DNA from: Azolla caroliniana | Lineage: Eukaryota; Plantae; Polypodiophyta | DNA: 64,000 nt | Direction: 5' to 3' | NCBI GenBank assembly: GCA_043228905.1 | Contig: JBHGNT010000016.1 | Span: forward strand, 15,810,001 to 15,874,000 | In this document: positions 9,994 to 21,013 of the stretch, one piece after another | Numbering within the stretch: position 1 is the stretch's first letter | Layout of the letters: each line of letters opens with the position of its first letter | Position numbers and translations under genes: made by a program | The notes under the pieces: generated by a model | Databases searched by the model: none | Seen by the model: the letters and a program-made list of their open reading frames with translations, nothing else | Told to the model about the DNA's origin: nothing

Positions 9994-12093
9994 TCCGCCC
10001 CCACCTAACCGCACATCCTCCGGTATGTGCCAAAACATAGGGGAGAGAACATGAGATTTTCGGCCACGACGACCGACCGAGTCCTTAGCGTCCTCGTGGG
10101 CCTGCTCGGTTTTGTCTTCCACTTTGAGGAAGACCACCCCGTCCATACGAACCACCGGCGCCTTCCGGTCCACCATCCTCGCCGAATGGTCTTGAACCGT
10201 CGGCGCCATCCGATCTACCACACTCGACGATGTTCACCGAGTTGTTGCCTCCACCCGATCCGCCACGTCCACCGTGGGTCCATGAACCACCGACTACATA
10301 CGACCCGCCGTATCCGATGCCCGTGCGTTCCTCCCCGTTCGGTCCTCCCGAATGCCGTCGCCGACCCGGTTGCTCTTCCTTTGTCCGCCTCGTATATCCT
10401 CCAGATGCGCTCCCGGTCGCATGCTGGATTCCGCCCTTTGCGTGTCGCACACCTCGGCGTGCTGACTCTCTCCGCTCTGCGCTTGCCTTCCGTAGGCTTT
10501 CCCTGTTGTTCGCTATGCTCTCTCGCGGTAGAGCGTGCCATCACCCCGTCCTTCTTCGTGGCTCTCGTTACCGCTTTGCCTCGACCCGCGCCCTCTTGGC
10601 CCGATTGGCCTCGCATGTCCTTCGAGACAGCGCGTTTTCTCTTCCCGGTGCGTAGCCCTTCGTTCTCCACGCACCTCCTCCGTTTTCCTAGATACGACTC
10701 TCCGCTCATGCCGATCGCGCTCGGCCCATGTCGTCGATCTTGGTGTTTTGTCGCGCTGTCCTTCGTCCCGCGCTTGCCTCTCGAAGGCTTGACCCGACCG
10801 TCATCGTCGGTCAATCATTGTCGCCCATCCGCCGCATGCATGCTTGTATCTTGGCCCTCCACCGGCCATATTGCATGCGTCTCATGTCGTGCTTCCGCCG
10901 TAGACCCGACCTCCGCGTCAGTCTCCAACTCCTCGCCGCCACCCACTGTTTCTTCGTTATCCTATCGATCCGCGACCGCCGATGCCTCACGGGTAGCTGT
11001 GGAGGGTTCCTCCCACTCTCGGTCCACCACCGAGTCCTCGCCTCTCAAAGGCTCAATCGGTCCACCGTTACCGGTCACTCGTTGACGCTCCCCCGAGTGC
11101 ATGCTTGTTCCTTGACCCTCCACCGGCCGTAGTGCATGCTTCACTTCACGCTCATTCGCCGTAGACCCGACCTCCACGTTGGTCTCTTCATCCTTCCCAC
11201 ACCGGGCATCCGCTCCGGTACCCGATTCCGCATTATCTTCCAACTCCTCACCACCACCCGCCATCTCTTTGGTCTTCCGTTAATCCGCAACCGCCGAAGT
11301 CTCAAGCATAGGTGTGGAGAGATCCTCTTGCTCTCGGACTCTCACCGACCCGTACTCGTCGTTCCCGGCTACGAATCGATCAAGCAATCCCGGTCTTGCC
11401 GGCTTCCTTCGGTTCGGGCCCGGTTGACCGGACCCCGCTTCACTCTTCTTCTGCTCCGCCTCCCGGTCGGGTCGGATTACCGACCGGCTCATCTTTCAGT
11501 CGGGTCGGTTCCCGAATCGCTCCTCGATGCTGCTACGGACCTCTCCTTCGGTCTTTTCGCACGTGCCCACTCCGGGCCTCTCATCCTCACGGCCACTGCC
11601 AATCTCTCCGGTCTTATGTCCGCGCTCGGGCGCAACCACCGAAGTCTTCGGCCCTGGTGTTGAGGGATCTCGCCTCCGTCCGCTACAAACCTCCTCTTCG
11701 TCATTTCGGTTGCCCGCCTTGTCGCCGCCTCCGTCCGTATCTCTTGGTCTCACACCGGCTCTCGGGCCGGTTGCAGGAGTCTCTAGGACCGGTGTGTGGA
11801 AGGTCGCGGCACTGCTGCTCGTCTCCTCTTCGTCCTTGATTTTGCAATCCTCGAGTATGCTCGCGAAATCCTCGTACAACGTTTCGGGCAACCGCGTCCC
11901 GAAACTTTCGCCCACTCTCGAAGTGGCGTCCATTGGTCTGTAGATATCGGCCTCATCCATGGCCGTCCTCTTTCCACAAGTCGAGAGGGTCGCTCGCTCT
12001 GCACCCTCTCCCACATCGTCGTCGTGGTCGCCCGCCTTGCCGCTGCCACCGTTCGTTACCCTAGGTCTCACGCGGGCACTCGGGCCGGCCGCT
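9994..12093 (-). other. GC-rich 3' internal region of B, with degenerate internal repeats and ORF remnants of unknown product
   Basis: Lies between the PPT and the C insertion; internal duplications (~10835-10930 vs ~11098-11190; ~11700-11770 vs ~12020-12090); no retroelement motifs recognised. Confidence 0.5.
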
Positions 12094-12169
12094 TGTTGGG
12101 AGATAGGTCCCTCCGGATGGGAAGGGAGAAGATCAGTGACGATGAACAAACTCGGCCGAGGCCGAAACC

Positions 12170-12447
12170 GTATGAGGAGGACCCCGGCTACGGAGAGCCG
12201 GATCGTGCAGGCCCGGTATGAACCGGATGAGGAGTACCCGGCTACGGAGAGCCGGATGGTGCAGGCCCGGTATGAACCGGATGAGGAGTACCCGGCTACG
12301 GAGAGCCGGATGGTGCAGCCCCGGTATGAACCGAATGAGGAGTACCCGGCTACGGAGAGCCGGATGGTGCAGGCCCGGTATGAACCGGATGAGGAGTACC
12401 CGGCTACGGAGAGCCGGATGGTGCAGACCCGGTATGAACCGGAGGAA
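12170..12447 (+). repeat. 54-bp tandem repeat (~5 copies) in U3 of the C 5' LTR
   Basis: Unit CCGGCTACGGAGAGCCGGATGGTGCAGGCCCGGTATGAACCGGATGAGGAGTAC. Confidence 0.92.
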
Positions 12448-12941
12448 GAGACATATTCGTAAATATGTTTCTAAGAGCCCATTGTGGCTATATTTGTAAA
12501 TAGCCAAAAAGTCATATTAGTATAAATATGACTTAGGGCAAACTAATATTAGGTTCTTGTTATTTTTCTCCTTGTTGGTGCAAGAAGAAGAGAGAGCACG
12601 TAATGTTGTATAGAGAGAGAGAGAGAGAAAGAGGTCGTTGCCTCTGTTGTAACCGCCGCCTGTGGCGAAGATCGTGAGTCCGAGGTCGTTGCCTCCGTGA
12701 ACTCACTGTTTTGTACATTCATACATAGTGACAGTTTGCAGCCTGTGGGTTGCCGTGGTTTTTCCCCTAGCTTGGGGTTTTCCACGTAAACCTCTTGTGT
12801 ACCTCTTCTCTCCTTTTGTGTCGCGTGTTTTTCTTTTCCTGTTTTCTGTGTAAGTAAAGAAGCTCGGTTGTGGCCGAGCGTTGGACATAAGGAGCCTTTG
12901 AGTTCCCATCAAGTGGTGTCAGAGTGAAATCGACACAGAAA

Positions 12942-15900
12942 ATGGACGAATCGTTTGGCGGCATGTTCAAGCTCACCGGCTCCAACTATTCAGTGTGGAA
13001 GTCGAAGATGAGGGACATGCTCGTGGTTAAAGACCTCTAGCTGCCGGTTCAGTTCGGGGACAAGAGACCGGACAAAATCGACGCCGCGATATGGGAGGTG
13101 ATGCACATGAAGACAACGGCGTACGTACGGTGCTTCATCGACATGAGCCTATACAACAACTTCAGTGAAGAGAGCAAGGCTCATGAGCTCTGGGAGAAGA
13201 TCGGCATAATGTTCCCAAACAAAAATGTTGTTAACCAGGTTTCGGTATTCCGGAAGCTAGTAAGACTCTGGTACCAAGATGGCTCCAGCATGGCAGAGCA
13301 CATGAATGCTTTCCAGGGGCTGATACACTAGGCAACGTCATTGGAAGTACCTCTTGCCGATGAGGTACTAGCGCTACTCCTGCTCGGTTCCCTCCCGGAT
13401 AGCTGGGAGACGTTGGTTGTCACTTTGGGCAACGCCGGGCCGGAAGGAAAACAGTTATCCCTAGCAAGAGTAAAGTCAAGCTTGCTAGATGAGGAGGCGC
13501 GTCGGAAAGACAAAGATACGAGCTCCAACTCCAAAGCGCTTCTTACCGAATCGGAACGCGGAAGACAGAGAAACCGTAGTCCCCAGAACCGGGAGAAGTC
13601 GGGGACACGGTCAAAGTCAAGGGGGAGACCTACTTGCTTCTATTGCGGCAAGCCGGGACACTTCCAAAAGAACTGTCGGCATTTTCGTAAAGACAAGGAA
13701 ATCGACGGTACCGATTCGAAGCGGACCCCGGACCGGAACGGTAAAGACCGGAAGGGGACGGACCAGAAGGGAACGACGGCAATCGCGGCAAGTGAAGAAG
13801 AGTTGATGCTCATCACCGAGGAGTGTGAGATAAACCTTGCCGGCGACGAGATGACCTGGGTGGTAGACTCCGGAGCATCGTTCCACCTTACCCCGGACCG
13901 GAAATGCTTCTCATCCTACTCAACCGGTGATCACGGCTGTGTCCGGATGGGGAACGAAGGTACATGCCGAATTGTTGGCATAGGAGACGTGTGGCTGTCA
14001 ACACCAACTGGATGCAAGTTGCTGTTGAAGGATGTCCGACACGTTCCGGAAGTTTGTCTGAACCTGATATCAGCCGGTCGGCTAGATGATGAAGGCTACA
14101 CGGGTAGCATCCGGAATGGTGTCATGAAGTTCAGCAAAGGGAGCCTGATTGTGGCTCGGGCCCGGAAGGTAAACACACTGTACCTGATGAATGCCCGGTT
14201 ATGTCCGGAAGAAGTGAACGTGGCATCCGACATTGCCGGTGAGCTGTGGCACAAGAGGTTGTGTCATATGAGTGAGAAGGGGATGAAGAGGCTTGCAGAC
14301 GACAACCTCATTCCAGTGAAGAATGTACACTTAGAGAAGTGCATTGATTGTCTGGCCGGTAAGTAGAACCGGACCTCCTTCCGACCAAGGCCACCGATGA
14401 GACGTAATGCACCACTGGAGTTGGTGCATACGGATGTGTGTCAAGTAGACACGAAGTCACATGCCGGAGCGCAGTACTTCGTGACGTTCATAGATGACCA
14501 CAGCCGGAAGCTGTGGGCCACACCGCTGAAGACAAAGGATCAGGTGTTATCCGTCTTCAAAGAGCTCCATGCAAGAGTGGAAAGAGAAACCGGCCGGAAG
14601 CTGAAGGCGGTTCGAGCAGATAATGGAGGAGAATACCGGGGGCAATTCGAGGAGTACTGCCGCTCGAAGGGAATCTGGCTCGAATTTACCGTGCCGAAGA
14701 CGCCGGAACTAAACGGACTGGCCGAGAGGATGAACCGGACCATAATGGAGAGGGTCCGGAGTATGTTAGCGCATGCAAAACTACCCAAGAAGTTTTGGGC
14801 TGAGGCACTGTCGACGGCGACATACGTGATAAATAGATTGACGGGAACTCTCCTAAGCTCCTTATGCACAACGCTCGGCCACAACCGAGCTTCTCTTCAT
14901 ACACAGAAAACGGAAATACACGTACACAGCGTAGATACACTGCTCACGGGAGGTTTACGTGGAAAACCCCAAACTAGGAGGAAAAACCACGGCAGCCCAC
15001 GGGCTGCAAACTGTCACTATGTATGAATGTACAAAACAGTGAGTACACTGGGGCAACGACCTCGAACTCACGATCTTCGCCACAGGCGGCGGTTACAACA
15101 GAGGCAACGACCTCGTCTCTCTCTCTCTCTGTGTACAGTTACGCGCTCACTCTTCTTCTTGCACCAACAAGGAAGAATGACAACAACTACAACAACAGTT
15201 TAATAGTTTGCCCTAAGTCACATTTATACTAATATGACTTTTCGGCTATTTAAAAATGTAGCCTCGATAGGCTCTCAGAAACATATTTACGAATATGTCT
15301 CTTCCTCCGGTTCATACCGGGCCTGCACCATCCGGCTCTCTGTAGCCGGGTACTCCTCATCCGGTTCATACCGGGCGGGACCTGTCTCCCAACATAGATC
15401 ACCCTCAGTACCCTTGGACGGAGACACGCCACAGAGAGTGTGGACCGGTAAGGAAGTATCCTACCGGCATCTGAAGGTGTTCGGGTGTCTCGCTTACGTG
15501 CATGTAGCTAAGGACCGGAGAGGTAAGTTAGATCCAAAGACCCGGCCATGCATATTCCTCGGTTACGGTGACGATGAGTTCGGCTACCGAGTGTGGGACC
15601 CGGTCGACAAGAAGGTATTCCGGAGTCGAGATATTATCTTCATGGAGGACAAGACGCTCGCCGACTGGGAGTCGGAGAAGAAGAAAATGAACTCTGAGTC
15701 GACCGGTAAGGATAGACTCTACGATGAGCAGACCCAACCGGCAAGAGACCGGTTAGCACTCGAGGAACCAGCCGGTTACGGTGAGGATACCGAACCGGCA
15801 GACGAAGAAGTAGAGGAAGCTGAGACCAGAACCGGCCAAGACCCCGAATTGGATTCGGATGAAGAGCAAATGGAGGAGCCGGTTGCCGAAGCCCGAAGAC

Positions 15901-17549
15901 GTAGATATCCTCTCAGAGAGAGAAGGGCCCCCTGGAGATTTCCGGATGCAGAACATGTTCTGCTGACCGATGAGGGGGAGGCGGAAAGCTTCGAAGAAGT
16001 GAAGGAAGACACCCACAGCCGAAAATGGTTAATTGCCATGCAGGACGAGATGGATTCCCTGCATGAGAACCATACATACGAATTGCTGGAGTTGCCGAAA
16101 GGAAAGCGGGCACTCCGAAACAAGTGGGTGTACAAGTTGAAATCGAGAGATGCCGGCAACCCCCCGAGATACAAAGCCAGGATCGTGGTGAAGGGGTTCC
16201 AGCAGAAGAAGGGCGTGAACTTCGACGAGATATTTGCCCCGGTAGTAAAGATGACCTCCATCCGGACGGTGCTGAGTATAGCAGCAAGCATGGACCTCGA
16301 GGTAGAGCAGCTGGATGTGAAGACAACATTCCTTCATGGCGACCTCGAAGAGGAGATCTACATGCAGCAACCGGAAGGATTTGTGGAGAAAGGGAAGGAG
16401 CACCTGGTATGCCGGTTGAAGAAGAGCCTGTACGGACTGAAGCAGGCTCCCCGGCAATGGTACCGGAAGTTCGACTCCTTCATGACCGATCAAGGGTACC
16501 ACAAGACATAGGCCGATCACTGTGTGTTTGTGAAGAAGTTCGAAGGAGGCGACTTCTTAATACTCCTCCTATACGTGGAAGACATGTTGATCGTCAGACG
16601 TGACCAAGTCAAAATACGAATGCTGAAGAAGGCTCTCAACCGGACCTTCTCAATGAAAGACTTGGGTCCGGCAAGACAGATGTTGGGGATGCACATCATT
16701 CGGGACCGGTTAAAGAAGCAACTATGGCTGTCACAGGAGAAGTATGTGACAAAGGTGCTTCACCGGTTCAACATGTCAGAAGCAAAACCGGTCGGATCGA
16801 CACTTCCGGGAAACTGCAGGCTATCCGGCAAGCAAAGCCCGAAGACGAAAGCAGAGAAGGCGGATATGATGAAGATTCCATATGCCTCTGCCGTCGGGAG
16901 CTTGATGTACGCTATGGTGTGTACCCGACCAGATATAGGATACGTAGTCAGAGTGGTGAGCCGGTTCATGAGTAATCCCGGCAAGGAGCATTGGAACGCT
17001 GTCAAATGGATACTCCGGTATTTGAAGGGCACTTCAAATATGTGTCTCCGATTCGGCTCTGGAAAACCTCAATTGGACGGTTTCACCGATTCGGACATGT
17101 CGGCTGATGTGGATACCAGCCGGTCTACATCCGGGTATGTGATGACATATGCAGGGGGAGCTGTTTCGTGGCAGTCGAGGCTGCAGAAGACGGTTGCACT
17201 GTCAACCACAGAGGCGGAGTACATGGCGGCTGTGGAAGCCGGCAAGGAAATATTATGGATGAAGGACTTCATCGGAGAGCTCGGTATCCCGCAAGAGGAA
17301 TACCGACTCTACTGCGACAGTCAAAGTGCCATCCACCGTGCTAAGAATGCGGCCTACCGTTCCCGGACGAAGCATATCCAGCGGAGGTATCACTGGATCC
17401 GGGAAAGAGTAAATGACCAGGAGTTCGCACTGACGAAGATCCACACGGCCGAGAACGGGTCAGATATGCTAACCAAAGTGCTGACACCCGACAAGCTGGA
17501 CGCATGCCGGAAGAGGATTGGACTGGTAAGACACCCCATGCCGGAGTGA
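12942..17549 (+). pseudogene. gag-pol polyprotein of Copia C: single frame, 4 TAG stops, interrupted by a solo LTR
   Basis: CFYCGKPGHFQKNC; WVVDSGASFH; integrase VHTDVC...RADNGGEY; RT LLYVED (YVDD variant); RNase H FTDSDM...TTEAEY; all ORF pieces are in the same frame. Confidence 0.92.
14839..15394 (-). mobile_element. Solo LTR of the Copia C family, antisense inside the C integrase, TSD TAGAT
   Basis: Reverse complement of the 12094-12911-type LTR; TAGAT at 14834-14838 and 15395-15399. Confidence 0.93.
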
Positions 17550-19526
17550 AGGGGGAGTTTGTTGAGAGACAGGTCCCTCTGGATGGGAAGGGAGAAGATC
17601 AGTAACGATGAACAAACTCGGCCGAGGCCGAAACTGTATGAGGAGGACCTCGGCTACGGAGAGCCGGATGGTGCAGGCCCGGTATGAACCGGATGACGAG
17701 TACCCGGCTATGGAGAGCCGGATGGTGGCTATATTTGTAAATAGCCGAAAAGTCATATTAGTATAAATATGACTTAGGGCAAACTAATATTAGGCTCTTG
17801 TTATTTTTCTCCTTGTTGGTGCAAGAAGAAGAGAGAGCACGTAACGTTGTACAGAGAGAGAGAGAGAGAAAGAGGTCGTTGCCTTGATTTGGGGGAGGGT
17901 GAGATTGATGGCCCCCTTTACTCCCACCTCCTCACAAACAACTAGGTACCTATGTACCGCATAGTACCTCTCTCTCTCTCTGACGTGGATGTGCGCACAA
18001 GACCACATCACCTTTACCCTTATTATTATTACAAATACATTATGTACGTGTGCAACGTTGCACATCACTCTTTGCCTCTCGTTGCTCGGGTTTCCGCTTG
18101 TGGACGAAAATCTTCACGACACCGCGTAGTGCAATTTCTGACCCCTCCCTGCGTCTCTTTTGCTTGATCCGGCTTTGTCCAAATCCACTTCTTTTTTCCA
18201 TCACTCACTCTCTCTGTGGCTTTTCTTGCCACGGTACTAACATTCCATGACGGCCTTCCCTGGCCGGCTTCCAACGCCGCCATGACTCCCCCTGCTTTTG
18301 GAGGGTTCGGAATTGCTTCTGGCATTTCGATAATGCCGTGCATTTTGCTCCTATCGGTCGCCTCCATTGCACATCGATCCGCCTCGTCCACCACGACCAC
18401 GGGGCCTATCTTCCTCCATGTACAACATCTTGCTATCGGCGTGCGTACTTGTCGACACACCCATGTGATTATCCTCCACGAGCAACATTGATTGAAGCTC
18501 GAAGAATGAAGGCGTATTCTCTCTCATACAAACCTTTGTTCGGAATGCTCCAAACTTTGACGCTAACCCTCCAAGGCACACTTGCACCATCTCGTCCTCC
18601 TCGACATTCACGTTGATGGAGGCGAGAGTCGCAGATCTCCTTGATTCCGGCCGTGTAATCGGTCACATACATCTTTTTTCCGGACATTACTGAGCTCTTG
18701 TCTGAGCTGCAGCTTCCTGGCCATTGTACTAGCAGTGAAAATCTTCTTGAGATTCGCCCATGTGTCCTTTGGCATCTTAACATGCCAAATTTAGCTCAAG
18801 AGATGGTCACTCACACACGATGTGAAGTAGTAAAGAACTCTGCTTGACGCTTGTTCCAAGCCGAAAAATCTCTGTGTGTCGATTCGGATGTTCTATCATT
18901 AGCTCCTTTGACATAACTCCAGTAACCATGACCGAGCAAGTACTGGTGCATCTTGTAAGACCAAGATGCGTAGTTGCTCCTGTCGAGCTTCTCAGTTGGT
19001 AGTGAGCTTCCTGTTCCTCTGTCCATACTGCTGTCGTATCTTTTCCGAAGCGGAGAAACTTGACTCTATCTTTATTGCTCGCTTTTTTGTCGGTTGTAGA
19101 GGAATCTCAACCCTCTCACTCTGATACCATGTAAAGGAATACGTGTGCGGAAGCGTATGTGTAAAACATAGAGTACACAGTTCGGTAAAACGCAGAATAC
19201 ACAGAGAGGGAGAGAGAGAGACAACGAGAGAGCATAAAACACTATATTCAAAAAATGATTCTCTATGTACATACTTCGTGCTCAGTGAGCACATTTTATA
19301 CAAGCCCCGACTATTGGGCTGACACAAGTACTGACAGTACTTGACCGCTCATAAATAAGCATCCTACACTTACTCCCAAAATTATTCCTTATGAGGAATA
19401 ACATTCCAATGGCCTCTTGGTTTACGCACGGTTACGACAATGTTGTGCGTACTGTTTTACGTACCCAGTCTATGCACTACGTTACGCACTGAATTATGCA
19501 CCCAGTGTTGAGCTTGTCACTAAACA

Positions 19527-20568
19527 TATACTTAACAATCACTCGACCCAACATCAGCTATCCGGTCGGAGTGATCAGTCAATTTATGCAGAAGTCGACC
19601 GTCGAGCACCTTCACCGTGCGCATCGACTATTGAGATATGTGAGTGGCACTAAGGATCGGGGACTATTATACTGACATGGTATAACCGAAAAACTAGTCA
19701 CTTATATAGATGCTGACTGGGCTGGTAATGCGCCAGATCGTCAGTCCACCTCTAGTTTTATGTTCTCTCTTGGGAGTGCAGTTGTAACGTGGAGCAACAA
19801 AAAGCAACCGATGGTGGCTCTATCGAGCACTGAGGCTGAGTATCGGGGTGCTACCATCACTACTTTTGAAGCCATTTGGCTTCAATAACTGCTGCAAGTC
19901 TTTTGGATCGAAGTGCCGACTTCGATCCCGATCTAGTACGACAACATAAGCAATGTGTAGCTAGCCAAGAACCCCGTGTTCCATGTTCGCACAAAGCACA
20001 TAGAACTGCATTATCACTTTGTGCGTGAGTGGGTCCTAAGCGCTGAAGTTGAACTCCGATATGTTCGGATTGATCGACAGGATGCCGACATCTTCACCAA
20101 GCCCCTTGGATCGGACAAGTTGCAACACTTGAGGGGAGAACTGGAACAACAACCGGGAGATCAAGTAAAGACACCGGAGACACAACCAAAGAGAAGGAGA
20201 ACAAAACCGAAACAGGCGGAGGCAAGAAGAAAAAGGAAGCCGAGTCGACTGAAGAAGTCGGCACATTCAATAAAATCAGAATGAGTAGTGACGGCAATAG
20301 AGTCAATAAGGATAGAGTTGACAGGAAGAAGAAGAAGGCCAAGACCCTGACATGGTCCGATGTAGTGAAGGGCTTGAAGATCGAGGAAGAGTTGGAGATA
20401 GACAACTCGGACAAGGGCGGGAACGGATTGGAGGCAGCCAATTCGGTCAAAACTTCTGATTCAGAGGAGTTTAATCAACTAAAGGCCAAGCGGATGAGAA
20501 GGCAGCAGAAGTCGACACCGACTCGAAGGAGCCGATAGGTCGAGAAATGCCGAAGTTGTAGTAGTAGA
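19527..20568 (+). mobile_element. Copia fragment M (RT end, RNase H, 3' extension), D/E/I family
   Basis: LTITRPNISYPVGVISQF, DADWAG, FHVRTKHIELHYHFVRE; TWSDVVKGLK extension; many stops. Confidence 0.8.
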
Positions 20569-21013
20569 GCAACTCAGTGTTGCACGCATGTACATGTCCG
20601 TTCCAGAGGTACACCACATTGTTCTTGAGTGCTTCGGTGAAATCGGTGCACTCTCTCCGGACATGGCCAACTACATCGCACCACATGCATCGTTGGCCTG
20701 TCTCTCTGGACTTGCACGATTTAAAGATCGTGCACCATCTTGGTCAACTCCTCCAAAGCTCCACCTCCGGCCATGTTAGCTGGAACCGTCCCAAACTCCA
20801 ACAATTGTCTCATCTCTTCTATTCGTGCCGGAATCGGTTCACTAGCTTCTTCCCGACACCCAAGTCGGTCATCGACGACTCTGCGTCATTCCTCTCTCGC
20901 TGTTTGTCGAAATGGCTACAAACCCTTTTTACCATGGCCCAGTCGGTCGTGAGCCCATCATCCATTTCCAATAGGAGATCTACCTTCTCTTGGTCAAGCA
21001 GATCTACCGACTT
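20569..21013 (-). pseudogene. Gag fragment of an L-family Gypsy element
   Basis: CMWCDVVGHVRREC knuckle and GLTTDWAMVKRVC, matching L (GLVADWVALKRAC). Confidence 0.7.

Larger units (their letters stand above)
12094..17884 (+). mobile_element. Ty1/Copia element C (Tnt1-like polyprotein); 3' LTR truncated
   Basis: 5' LTR 12094-12911; PBS TGGTGTCAGAG 12914-12924; PPT ~17549-17559; 3' LTR 17560-17884 fused to the B LTR. Confidence 0.93.
3521..18121 (-). mobile_element. LTR element B (probably Gypsy, L-related LTR end) with gag-pol deleted; 4-bp TSD CCGC; hosts A and C
   Basis: 3' LTR 3521-9993 (split by A); PPT-like AGGTGGGGGCGGA at ~9994-10006 (-); remnant 5' LTR 17879-18121 nearly identical to 9707-9993; CCGC at 3517-3520 and 18122-18125. 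Confidence 0.8.
3232..19526 (-). mobile_element. Ty1/Copia element D, 5' part, in two pieces (3232-3520 and 18122-19526); host of B and L
   Basis: 5' LTR 19130-19526 (TGTAAAGG...TAAACA); PBS TGGTATCAGAG 19119-19129; gag MDRGTGSSLPTEKL; knuckle; protease DSGASNHMT near 3390-3410. The reading LHYAEGS is restored across the B insertion. Confidence 0.85.

Noticed and set aside
9994-9998. TCCGC as a 5-bp TSD making 3521-9993 a solo LTR
   Set aside because: Host Copia D does not resume at 9999. It resumes after 18121 with TSD CCGC, and 9994 onward reads as B's PPT.
10027-11085. 352-aa plus-strand ORF as a host gene
   Set aside because: Low-complexity Arg/Pro/Ser composition in GC-rich DNA inside element B, with overlapping ORFs in many frames and no recognisable domain.
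12170-12447. CRISPR-like or repeat-protein reading of the 54-bp array (ORF 11959-12462, YEPDEEYPATESRMVQAR repeats)
   Set aside because: There are no unique spacers and no cas genes. The array lies in an LTR U3, and the ORFs arise because the unit is a stop-free multiple of 3.
14821-15410. ORFs 14397-15026 and 15234-16511 having novel terminal domains
   Set aside because: The odd termini are read-through into the antisense solo LTR.
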